Source of the DNA: Okamejei kenojei
Lineage: Eukaryota
Assembly: GCA_035221665.1 (NCBI GenBank)
Contig: CM069138.1
Span: 86,924,001 to 86,988,000, forward strand
Reading direction: 5' to 3'
DNA length: 64,000 nt
Under the pieces are notes generated by a model, which did no database searches, was not told the origin of the DNA, and saw only the letters and a list, made by a program, of their open reading frames with translations. This document shows, one piece after another, positions 12,740-23,870 of this stretch. Made by a program: the position numbers and the translations under genes. Every line of letters begins with the position of its first letter. Within the stretch, counting starts at the first letter, position 1.

Positions 12740-15700
12740 ATCCTGCCAACTAGAAGGGGGAAGGTGGGTGACAGTGAGAAACGGAAGTAAACATGGAATG
12801 CACAGATCCCCGGGTGTTGTACCTCGTGTGAACAGGTTCATCCACTTAAAAGCTGTCGGGTCAGAAGATGTTGACACACTCTGCGACGCACTGGCTTGCG
12901 ATGCAAAACGTGCCGTTGAGCCAAAATCATGGAGGCCGACGCCAGGCAACGCAGTGGTGGTTGGAGACTCCATTGTGAGAGGTACGGACAGGGGTTTCTG
13001 CTGCAACAGTAGGGATTCGAGGATGGTGTGCTGCCTGCCAGGATCCACGCTGTCACGGACAGTGCAGAAAATCCTCAAGGACGAAGGTGAACAACCGGAC
13101 GTTGTAGTGCATGTCGGCACAAACGATGTCGGAAAGAAGGGGATGAATATTCTGAAGCGTGACTTTAGAGAGCTCGGAAAAGTGCTGAAAGCAGGACCTC
13201 CAGGGTGGTTGTCTCCGGTTTGCTTTTAGTTCCTCGTGCTGGCGAGAGCAGGAACAGGGAGATACAGGACCTGAATGTGGCTGGGGAACTGGTGCAGGGG
13301 GCAGGGATTTAGATTCTTAGACAACTGGGATCTGTTTTGGAGTAAGGGGGAACTGTACAAAAGGGACGGGCTGCACCTTAACAGGTGGGGGACCGGCATT
13401 CTGGCAGGCAGGTTTGCCACTGCTACACAGGTGGTTTTAAACTAAATTGTGGGGTTTACCGAGACGTGGCTGCAGGAGGATCGGGTCTGGGAACTTAATA
13501 TTCAGGCTTATTCATCCTATAGGAAGGACAGGCAGGTGGGCAGAGGAGGGGGGGGGGGGGGGGGTAGCTCTTCTGGTGAGGAATGGAATTCAGTCCCTTG
13601 CAAGGGTAGACATAGGGACTGACGAGGTAGAGTCACTGTGGATTGAGTTGAGGAATTGTAAAGGCAAGAAGACACTAATTGGTGTTATCTACAGACCCCC
13701 TGGATGAAGGGTGTAAGTTGCACCAGGCGTTAAAACTGGCATGTAACAAAGGTAATGCCACTGTGGTGATGGGGGATTTCAATATGCAGGTAGACTGGGA
13801 AAATCTGGTTGGTTCAGGACCCCAAGAAAGAGAGTTTGTAGAATGCCTCCGAGATGGATTCTTAGAGCAGCTTGTAATGGAGCTGACCAGAGAAAAGGTA
13901 ATTCTGGATTTAGTGTTGTCCAATGAACCAAATTTGATAAGAGAACTCGAGGTAAAGGGACCACTTGGAGGTAGTGATCATAATATGATTCGGTTTAATC
14001 TGCAATTTGAGAAGGAAAAGGTTAAATCGAAAGTGGCAGTGATGCAGCTGAACAAAGGGGACTATGAAGGCATGAGGGGGGAGCTGGCCAAGGTAGACTG
14101 AAAAGGGATACTAGCAGAAATGACGATGGAACAGCAATGGCAGGAATTTCTGGGCATAATCCGGAAGACACAGGATCATTTAATTCCAAAAAGGAGTAGG
14201 AGGCAACCGTGGCTGACAAGAGAAGTTAGGGATAGAATAAAACTAAAAGAAAAGATGTATAACACAGCAAAGAGTAGCCGGAAGCTGGAGGATTGGGAAA
14301 CTTTCATAGAACAGAAGGAAACAAAACTGGCAATACGGGCTGAAAAGATGAAGTACAAGGGGAAGCTGGCCAGGAATATCTCTTCTTGCGTATGAAGCAG
14401 TTTGAAGGCGATGTTCACCTGTGTCACAGGATCTTGGAACCGTCATTACATGGTGTGCGGTTTCTGTTCGAGGTGTGTACAGGCTGCTGAAGGGCGCAGT
14501 CCCCAACGTTTCATGTTATGATTGAAAAACGCAACACCAGTTCGCAGACGCTTCAGTGTAACCCACTCTCTGCGGATGGCAACAGTGTTTTGGTAACGGT
14601 CATTGTGGGCGGGATGTTGGGTGTCCTGCCAGCAGGCTCTCCATAGCTCATAGCAGAACAGCCAGGAATATAAAGAAGGACAGTCTTCTTGAGAAATGTT
14701 AAGGGAAAAAGAGGAGCAAAGTCAAATGTGGGTCCCTTGAAGGCAGACACGGGTGAAATAATTATGGGCAACAAGGAAATGGCAGAAGAGTTGAATAGGT
14801 ACTTCGGATCTGTCTTCACCAAGTAAGACACAAACAATCTCCCAGAAGTACTGGAGGACAGAGGATTTCAGGGGATCGAGGAATTGAAATAAATTTTCAT
14901 TAGGCGAGAAATAGTATTGGATAATGGGACAGAAGGATGATAAATCCCCTGGACCTGATGGTCTGCGTCCCAAGGTCCTCAGGGAGGGGACTCCAGAAAT
15001 AGTGGACGCATTGGTGAACATTTTCCAATGTTCAATAGATTCAGGATCAGTTCCTGTGGATTGGAGGATAGCTAATGTTATCCCACTTTTCAAGAAAGGA
15101 ACGAGAGAGAAAACGGGGAATTACAGACCAGTTAGCCTGACTTCGGTGTTGGGAAAGATACTGGAGTCAATTATTAAAGAGGCAATAATGGGGTATTTGG
15201 ATAGCAGTAAAAGGATTAGTCCAAGTCAGCATGAAAGGAAAATCATGCTTGACTAATCTTCTTGAATTTTGTTGACAATGTGACAAGTAAAATGGATGAA
15301 GGGGAGCCAGTGGATGTAGTGTATCTGGACTTTCAGAAAGCCTTTAATATGGTCCCACACGGGAGACTGGTGACTAAAATTAGAGTGCATGGTATTGGGG
15401 GTAGGGTGTTGATGTGGAGAGAAAATTGGTTGGCAGACAGGAAGCAAAGAGTAGGAGTGAACAGGTCCTTTTCAGAATGGCAGGCAATGGCGAGTGGTGT
15501 GCCGCAAGGCTCGGTGTTGAGGCCACAACTGTTTACCATATATATTAATGAATTGGAAGAGGGAATTAGGAGCAACACTAGTAAGTTTACGGATGACACA
15601 AAGCTGGGTGGCAGTGTGAACTGTGAAGAGGATGTTAGGAGGTAGCAGGGTGACCTGGACAGGTTGAGTGAGTGGGCAGATGCGTGGCAGATGCAGTATA

Positions 15701-16512
15701 ATATAGATAAATGTGAGGTTATCCACTGGCAAAAACAAGGGGGCAGATTATTATCTCAATGGGGTTAGGTTATGTAAGGGGGAGATACTGCGAGACCTCG
15801 GTGTCCTTGTACACCGATCACTGAAAGTTGGCGTACAGGTACAGCAGGCAGTGAAGAAAGCTAATGGAATGTAGGCCTTCATAACAAGAGGATTTCAGTA
15901 TAGAAGTAGAGAGGTTCTTCTGCAGTTATATAGGGCTCCGGTGAGACAACATCTGGAGTGTAGTGTGCAGTTTTGGTCTCCTAATTTGTGGAAGGACATC
16001 CTTGTGATTGAGGCAGTGCAGCGTAGGTTCACGAGATTGATCCCTGGGATGACGGGACTGTTATATGAGGAAAGATTGAAAAGACTAAGCTTGTATTCAC
16101 TGGAGTTTAGAAGGATGAGGGGATATCTTATAGAAACATATAAGGACTGGACAAGCTAGATGCAGGAAAAATGTTCCCAATGTTGGGCGAGTCCAGAACC
16201 AGGGCTACAGTCTTAGAATAAAGGGGCCATTTAAGACTGAGGTGAGGAAAACGTTTTCACCCAGAGAGTTGTGAATTTGTGGAATTCCCTATATATTGCC
16301 TGAAGTAGAGGGCAGTGGAGGCCAAATCACTGGATGGATTTAAGTGTTAGATAGAGCTCTAGAGGCTAGTGGAATCAAGGGATATGGGGAGAAGGCAGGC
16401 AGGGGTTATTGATTGGGGATGATCAGCCATGATCGCAATGAATGACGGTGCTGGCTCGAAGGGCCGAATAGCCTCCTCCTGCACCTATTTTCTATGTTTC
16501 TATGTTTCTATG
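12740..16512 (+). mobile_element. Near full-length degenerate CR1 LINE (ORF1 SGNH esterase; ORF2 APE + RT) with internal deletions and an inserted element
   Basis: ORF1 motifs VVGDSIVRG, VHVGTND, DGLHLN; ORF2 motifs VMGDFN, GGSDH, KSPGPDG, YRPVSLTS, YLDFQKAF, SGVPQGSVL, KFTDDTKL; 3' octamer tail (TTCTATGT)n at ~16490-16512. Confidence 0.93.
14380..14660 (-). mobile_element. 5'-truncated Ingi/Vingi-like non-LTR retrotransposon 3' end inserted in CR1, with 11-bp TSD
   Basis: TSD GCCAGGAATAT at 14369-14379 and 14661-14671; minus strand translates RREWVTLKRLRTGVAFFNHNMKRWGLRPSAAC...ETAHHVM and ends CATACGCAAGAAGAG. Confidence 0.7.
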
Positions 16513-16719
16513 ACTACGCCAGTTGTAGGAGGGATTGTGTGCTATACCCGTACCATGTCTGGTTTTATTGTACAGCCATAAAACAGTGTAGATCTGTGGT
16601 GAGTTTATCGAACAAGTCGGTTTATTGAAAGCCTCGACAGTGCGCAACATTAAACACTCTGAGAGAACCTACAGTATTTTTATATTCTCATGAGACAATG
16701 GTTACTTGTAAGCCTAGTC

Positions 16720-19453
16720 AGTGGTAAACTAATACATCCAGTTCAAACTGGGTTTATACCTAAATGACACTCGTTTTTATCATTTGAGTCATTTGTTTAA
16801 CATAATATATTCGCAGAGAATGCCAAATGAAGATCTAACAATTATTTCTCTAGATGCAGAAAAAGCTTTCGACCAAGTCTTATTTTTTCACACTGTTGTA
16901 AAAATTCCAACTGGGAGAAAACTTTATTTTATGGGTGAAGCTTTTATACACTAATCCGACAGCTAGAATACTAACAAATCAAATGCTTTCACCTAAATTT
17001 TATTTATCTAGGGGTAACAGACAAGGATGTGCTCTATCTCCAATGTTATTTGCTTTAGCCATAGAACCTCTTGCCGAGAGTATCAGGTCCCATACAGGCG
17101 TTTAGGGATATAATAATAGAATATTGACTGGCCTTGAGGGGGATACGACATATATTGCCTGAAGTAGATTCATATTGCCCGAGTCGAAGACGAGGGCAAT
17201 ATGGATCTAGTGAGGGCAATATATGTCGTATCTCCCGAAAGAGGACAGTCAATATTGTTATTATTACCCATATCAGACATCTAGAGGAAAATTTGAACAT
17301 CTCAGCTCGGCGGACTTCCACGTAAAATTTAACCAAAATGGACGCGGCAGTCTTCCTGTCTGCCGTTGAATATTCTAAATTTCCCACGCAGCGTCACGTT
17401 TGCCGTCACGTTGCCAAGTTCCCGGATGTGAGACCAGGGGAATATAAAAACTATATTCCCGCTGTTTTAACAGGTAAAGTCCATAGGCGTTCGCAAGAAA
17501 GGGGAATATAAGAAAATATTCCCCTGTTACCCCTGCTGGCAGTAAAAACGAAGGGAATACAATTTTGTAAAAGCATACCTCAGATGTGTGATATGGGTAA
17601 TAATAATAGAATATTGACTGGCCTTGAGGGGGATACGACATATATTGCCTGAAGTAGATTCATATTGCCCGAGTCGAAGACGAGGGCAATATGGATCTAG
17701 TGAGGGCAATATATGTCGTATCCCCCGAAAGAGGACAGTCAATATTGTTATTATTACCCATATCAGACATCTAGAGGAAAATCTTCGTCAAAAGTTGCGA
17801 ACCTCTTCTCGCAGGAGGCTGCCATTTTGCTTGTTTTGTCGAGAACAAATTCTAAATTTCCCACGCAGCGTCACATTGCCAAGTTCCCGGATGTGAGACC
17901 AGGGGAATATTATAGAATATACTTGGGCTTGTTTTGGTTAAAATGTAAAGTCTATTCACTCGTGGCGGCGAAGCCCCGAAGTAGTACTAGTTTGGAGGCA
18001 CCGAGGCAAGTTCTAAACCAGAAACTTCGTTTTATATTAGGGATCAAACATTACAAGAAAATTGGTACTTACCTTAAGTGTTTACAACATCGCGGCGGGC
18101 TATTTATCCCGAGTGAATAGAGAAATTATACGCAAGCGGGCGGAGAGCGGGAGAATTTCCCTTTCAGAAAAATGCTTTCTGTGCGGGCGATGACGAAAAG
18201 TTGGAGTCACCCCGAGACGGTGCCGTGGCAGGCGCGAGAGTTCCCGTTACATGCCACGCGGAGCTGTGACATGATTTCCCGAACATAGCTAAATGCTATT
18301 TACAAAAATGTCGTATAAAAGCATAAATAGTAACATCGTTGTGAGTGTCAGCGTGCCAACAATTCTAAAATGTTGAACAACTCACGTGACGCTCTCTCGA
18401 AGCTGGATCCGCTACTGTATTTAGTCCATAGGCGTTGACAAGCACAAACAAGAATTTCTCATAGACTCCGATGTGTGATATGGGTAATAATAAATAGAAT
18501 ATTGACTGGCCTTGAGGGGGATACGACATATATTGCCTGAAGTAGATTCATATTGCCCGAGTCGAAGACGAGGGCAATATGGATCTAGTGAGGGCAATAT
18601 ATGTCGTATCCCCGAAAGAGGACAGTCAATATTGTTATTATTACCCATATCAGACATCTAGAGGAAAATCTCAACATCTCAGCTCGGCGGACTTCCACGT
18701 AAAATTTAGCCAAAATGGACGCCAAAGTCTTCCTGTCTGCCGTTTGGGAATATAGACCCCTCTAAAATATTCCCTGCGTTGCCTCCTTCGCAAAATCTCG
18801 TTTGCTGTTCGTCACGCTACCTCTTCTCGCCTGCCATTTTGCTTGTTTTGTCCAAATTCTAAAATTTCCCACGCAGCGCCACATTGCCAAGTTCCCGGAT
18901 GAGACCAGGGGACTATATTTACCGCTGTTTTAACACGTAAAGTCCATAGGCGTTCAGCAAGAAAGGGGAATACAAGAAAATATTCCTGTTAACCCTGGGC
19001 AGTAAAAACGAAGGTACAATTCAGATGTGTGAATATGGGTAATAATAATAATTATACGTTTAAACCCGATCTGGTCCACAATTGGTTAAATACATGGATT
19101 TGTGCACCGTGAACAGAGTTTGCATTTACCCATCTGCCGTTTCGCAGCGTCACGTTGCCGTCAGTTGCCAAGTTCCGGTATGTGAGACCAGGGGAATATA
19201 AGAACGCGTTTTAAGGTAAAGGGCGTTCGTAAAAGAAAATATTCCCCTGTTACCCCTGCTGGCAGTAAAAACTAAGGGAATACAATTTTGTAAAAGCATA
19301 CCTCAGATGTGTGATATGGGTAATAATACCAAATATACATGCAGATGATGTACTTTTATACATTACTAATCCCCAAGTTAGTATTCCAAATGCTCTAAAC
19401 ATCACAGAACAATTTGGTTCTTTTTCTGGATAAATCGGAACAAAAGTGAAATC
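16720..19453 (+). mobile_element. L1 RT fragment split by the hairpin-element array
   Basis: IHPVQTGFIP, ISLDAEKAFD and GNRQGCALS before 17110; resumes at 19329 with ADDVLLYITNP..FGSFSG..NKSEI, collinear with L1 copy 3. Confidence 0.85.
17111..19328. mobile_element. Tandem array of an unclassified non-autonomous DNA element with a long terminal hairpin, flanked by TAATAATA direct repeats
   Basis: Three near-identical ~155-bp imperfect palindromes centred at 17187, 17677 and 18565; right-end motif CAGATGTGTGATATGGGTAATAATA (or close variants) at ~17580, ~18470, ~19022 and ~19303; TAATAATA at 17111 and 19321; removing the array rejoins the L1 RT sequence. Confidence 0.85.
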
Positions 19454-20105
19454 GCGCGCAGCGAAACGTGGAGGGGCGTGGCGGGGGCGCGCATGGCAAG
19501 ACGTGCCGGGGAAGCGTGTTGCGGCGAGGTGTGGCGCGCATAGCGAGACGTGCCGGAAGTGCGCGCACCAAAGCGTGGAGAGGCGAGGCGTGGCGGGGGC
19601 ACACAGGGTGAGACATGCTGGGGGCGCGCACAGCGAAGCGTGGAGGGGCGAGGCAAGGCGCGCAGAGTGTTGGGTGGGCGTGCACGGCGAGACGTGTGGA
19701 GGCGCGCACGTCGAAGCGTCGAGGGGCGCGCTCGGCAAAGCGTGGAGGGGCGGGGTGAGGCGGGGGCGTGCGCTGCGAAGCGTTGAGGGTCGAGGCGAGG
19801 GCGCGCACGGCGAAGCGTGGAGGGGCGAAGCAAGGCGGTGGCGTGCACGGCAAGGCGAGGCAGGAGCGCACACAGCGAGGCGTGGTGGGGGCTGCACGGG
19901 GAGGCGTGGCAGGGGCGCGCACGGGAGGCGTGGCGCGGGCGCGCACAGCGTGGCAATAGCGCGCACGGCAAAGCGTGGAGGGGCGAGGCGTGGCGTGGGC
20001 GCGCATGGCGAGGCGTGGCGGGGCGCGTGCGGGGAGGCGTGGCGGGGGCGCGCACAGCGAGGCGATAGCGCGCACGGCAAAGCGTGGTGGGGTGTGGTGA
20101 GGGGG
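19454..20105. repeat. Degenerate GC/CpG-rich tandem repeat (GGCGCGCACGGCGAAGCGTGGAGG-like), upstream part of the CpG island
   Basis: Recurring GCGCGCAC, AAGCGTGGAGGGGCG and GAGGCGTGGCG motifs. Confidence 0.75.
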
Positions 20106-20300
20106 GGGCGCGCATGACGTTGCGAGGCGGGGGCGCGCATGACGTTGCGGGCGGGGGCGCGCATGACGTTGCGTGGCGGGGGCGCGCATGACGTTGCGGG
20201 GCGGGGCGCGCATGACGTTGCGGGGCGCGCATGACGTTGCGGGGCGGGGGCGCGCGCGGCGCGGAAGGGCGAGGCGGAGCCGGGCCGCCATGTTGGCGGT
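20105..20300 (+). promoter_or_regulatory. PAPOLG CpG-island promoter: 6 copies of GCGCGCATGACGTTGCG (CRE/ATF-like TGACGT) with GC boxes, and a YY1-type GCCGCCATGTTG motif
   Basis: Motifs read directly from the sequence; located immediately upstream of exon 1; no TATA box seen. Confidence 0.7.
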
Positions 20301-20431
20301 GCCTTCATATTCATGGCGATATCCGAGGGCATCGTTGAAGAGTTGCTGAGGGCGGCTTCCAGAGATAAAATCAGGATAAAGTCACAGTCAGTTGTCACGC
20401 AGCGGTGGGTGCAGCCGTCGGCCGTGAGGAG

Positions 20432-20448
20432 ATGAAAGAAATGTCAGC
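20432..20448 (+). CDS. PAPOLG: Poly(A) polymerase gamma, coding exon 1 (MKEMSA)
   Basis: ATG AAA GAA ATG TCA GC|gtaagt; N-terminus MKEMSA is characteristic of PAPOLG rather than PAPOLA (MPF); lies in the CpG island. Confidence 0.93.
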
Positions 20449-20719
20449 GTAAGTGAGGGCTGGCGGCGCAGAGACCGAGAGACGGAGAGGCCTCGGCGCC
20501 TCCCCCACCCCCCGCTCCCCGTCTGAGGAAGGCCGTCCCTCTCCAGCGCCGCCGCCGGTGTGTGAGTGGGAGCCCGCGGCCGCCCAGCCTCTGCCCTGCG
20601 GGTGTCTGACCCACACACCGAATGCCGGAGTCACTCGGCGGCACAGGCGGCGGCTCAGGGCACAAGGGGCGGCGGATAGTTGGGGCCCAGACCCTTCCTC
20701 ATGCTCAGGGGAGGGGGGG

Positions 20720-21985
20720 AGGGAGGGGAGACTGGGGATATGGAGGGTCGGGAGGGGGGGGGGACTGGGGATATGGAGGGTCGGAGGGAGGGAGGGGGGG
20801 ACTGGGATATGGAGGGTCGGGGGGGGAGGGTGGGTGGGGGGGACTGGGGATATGGAGGGTAGGGGGGGGGGAGGGAGGGGGGCTGGGGATATGGAGGGGG
20901 GAGGGGGAGGGGGGGGACTGGGGATATGGAGGGTCGGGGGGGAGGGAGGGCGGGACTGGGGATATGGAGGGGGGGGGGAGGGAGGGGGGACTGGGGATAT
21001 GGAGGGTCGGGGGGGGAGGGGGGACTGGGGAAATGGACTGGGGATATGGAGGGTCGGGGGGGAGGGGGGGACTGGGGATATGGAGGGTCGGGGGGGGAGG
21101 GGGGACTGGGGATATGGAGGGTCGGGGGGAGGGGGGGGGGACTGGGGATATGGAGGGTCGGGGGGGAGGGAGGGGGACTGGGGATATGGAGGGTCGGGGG
21201 GGAGGGGGAGATGGGGATATGGAGGGTCGGGGGGGAGGGGGGGGGACTGGGGATATGGAGGGTCGGGGGGGAGGGGGGTACTGGGGATATGGAGGGTCGG
21301 GGGGGAGGGGGGGGCGGGACTGGGACTGGGGATATGGAGGGTCGGGGGGGAGGGGGGAGGGGGGGGGAGGGAGGGGGGGACTGGGGATATGGAGGGTCGG
21401 GGGGGGGGAGGGAGGGGGGGGGGGATGGGGATATGGAGGGTCGGGGGGAGGGGAGGGGGACTGGGGATATGGAGGGTCGGGGGGGAGGGGGAGGGGACTG
21501 GGGGATATGGAGGGTCGGAGGGGGGGGAGGGGGAGGGGGAGACTGGGGATATGGAGGGTCGGTGGGGGGGAGGGGGGACTGGGGATATATGGAGGGTCGG
21601 GGAGGGGGGACTGGGATATGGAGGGTCGGGGAGGGGGGGGACTGGGGATATGGAGGGTCGGGGGGGGGAGGGGGATGGGGGGGGGGAGGGGGGGGCACTG
21701 GGGATATGGAGGGTCGGGGAGGGGGACTGGGGATATGGAGGGTCGGGGAGGGGGGCTGGGGATAATGGAGGGTCGGGGGGGGAGGGGAGACTGGGGATAT
21801 GGAGGGTCGGGGGGGGAGGGACTGGGGATATGGAGGGTCGGGGGGGGGAGGGGGGGATGGGAGGGTCGGGTGGGATATGGAGGGTCGGGGGGGGAGGGGG
21901 GACTGGGGATATGGAGGGGCGGAGGGGGAGGGGATGGACTGGGGATATGCAGGGTCGGGGAGGGGGGGACTGGGGATATGGAGGG
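20720..21985 (+). repeat. G-rich minisatellite, ~30-33-bp unit GACTGGGGATATGGAGGGTCGGGGGGGAGGGGG, about 40 copies, in intron 1
   Basis: Tandem units with variable G-run lengths; source of the spurious Gly/Pro-rich ORFs. Confidence 0.95.
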
Positions 21986-23870
21986 GCACCGCAGGCGACG
22001 GTCAGGGAAGTGTGGAGTGATTGGTTTTGGGCTGGGTGAGGCGCACAGACAGCAGCATCGATCAGTGAAACTAGTTGGTGAACGGGAAAGCACAAGGGTT
22101 ACTTGAAATTAGAGGAATCAATATTCACACTGAAGACGGGCACAAGATGCTGGAGTAACTCAGCGGGACGGGCAGCATCTCTGGAGAGAAGCAATGGGTG
22201 ATAGTTCGGGTCGAGACCCTTCTTCGGACCGATGGGTTGTAAGCTGCCTCCCTATTAGACCCTGGGCAGGCATCGTTGATGGGCAAACCTTCCGCCGAAA
22301 GTTAGGCCTCTGCCTCTGGCTTCAATTGATAGCCTTGACCTCCCATCCCAGCGCCTCCCTTCCCTTCCATGTTCCCACAGGGAAGTCCCTAATCTTTGCA
22401 GCATTGCAAATAAATAATATCAGCTGCAGACAGAACTGATAATATAACGTTTTAAACCATGCAGCATTCAATACACCGCGCTGATTAGTAGTTGCTTTAC
22501 TTATGAGGAATTATCTTTTAACATTATGATTTTGTTTGGAGTAGTTAAACTATTTGATTTGTAAACTGCTTGTGTTGAGAACATCTTTGGAATGTTTTTT
22601 TTTAACTGAATTTTGTTTGCATGGGAATCGTATCTGTTATTTCCAAATCTCTTTTTGATCGAAACCCTTTATATAACTGCAGACTTTTGATGTCCAGTGG
22701 TGGAGTTCTGTCTCCTGAATCTTTGACTGCACTGCTAAACTCGGGGTTAGTATACTTTATTTCCAGGAAGCATTAGTAATTGTTTAAGAGGTGGAATGTA
22801 TTTGAAAAATACCTTGTATGTTTCTGGCAAGAAATGTTCTGCTGTTTTCATTCAAGTAGTTAACATAAATTTGTTATGGCCATTGATCAATTTACAATTT
22901 TCTTTTTGTTCATTGTTTGAACAAGTGTTAAAGGTTTTCTTCTGCACTCGCTGCATGTATTGTGTGCATGTAGTGAAAGTGTATTATCTCAATTTACTTT
23001 TCAACTTTAATTTTAATCATTTTAAAATTCCTTGATTTGTGCTGTACGTGATTGCTTAGTGACACTTTGATGCATGCAAGTGTTTTACCTCAACCCAAAT
23101 GCTGGCAATATTTTCTCTTTCAAATAGTTTGATTGGCAGAAAAAGAAGTGGGATTGTATTCATTTACAGTGCCCTCCATAATGTTTGGGACAAAGACCCA
23201 TCATTTATTTATTTGTCTCTGTACACCACAATTTGAGATTTGTAATAGAAAAAATCATGTGGTTAAAGTACACATTGTCAGATTTTAATGAAAGCAATTT
23301 TTATATATTTTGGTTTCACTATGAAGAAATTACAACTGTGTTTATACATAGTTCCCCCATTTCAGGGCAACATAATGTTTGGGACACAGCAATGTCGTGT
23401 AAATGAAAGTAGTCATGTTTAATATTTTGTTGCATATCCTTTGCATGCAATGACAGCTTGAAGTCTACGATTCCTGGACATCACAGTTGCTGGGTGTCTT
23501 CTCTGGTGATGCTCTGCCAGGCCTGTATTGCAGACATCTTTAGATTATGCTTGATTTGGGGGCTAGTCTTCTTCAGTTTTCTCTTCAGCATATAAAAGGC
23601 ATGCTCAATTGGGTTCAGATTTGGTGATTGAGTTGGCCACTCAAGAATTTGCCATTTTTTAAGCTTTGAAAAACTCTTTTGTTGCTTTAGAAGTATGTAT
23701 GGGATCATTGTCTTGTTGTAGAATGTACTGCTGGCCAATGAGTTTTGAGGCATTTGTTTGAACTTGAGCAGATAGGATGTGTCTATACACTTCAGAATTC
23801 ATTATGAAACTACCATCAGCAGTTGTATCATTGAAGATATGTGAGCCAGTTCCTTCAGCAGACATACATG

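Noticed and set aside
17111-18664. CRISPR-like array or pre-miRNA cluster reading of the repeated hairpins
   Set aside because: The repeats are ~155-200 bp with 300-700-bp related bodies, in a vertebrate context with no cas genes; the insertion into L1 and DNA-type loop features favour a mobile element
19250-22106. Long Pro/Gly/Arg-rich ORFs (up to 566 aa) on both strands
   Set aside because: They arise from stop-poor GC/G-rich tandem repeats that are open in several frames at once and overlap the real PAPOLG promoter, exon 1 and intron 1
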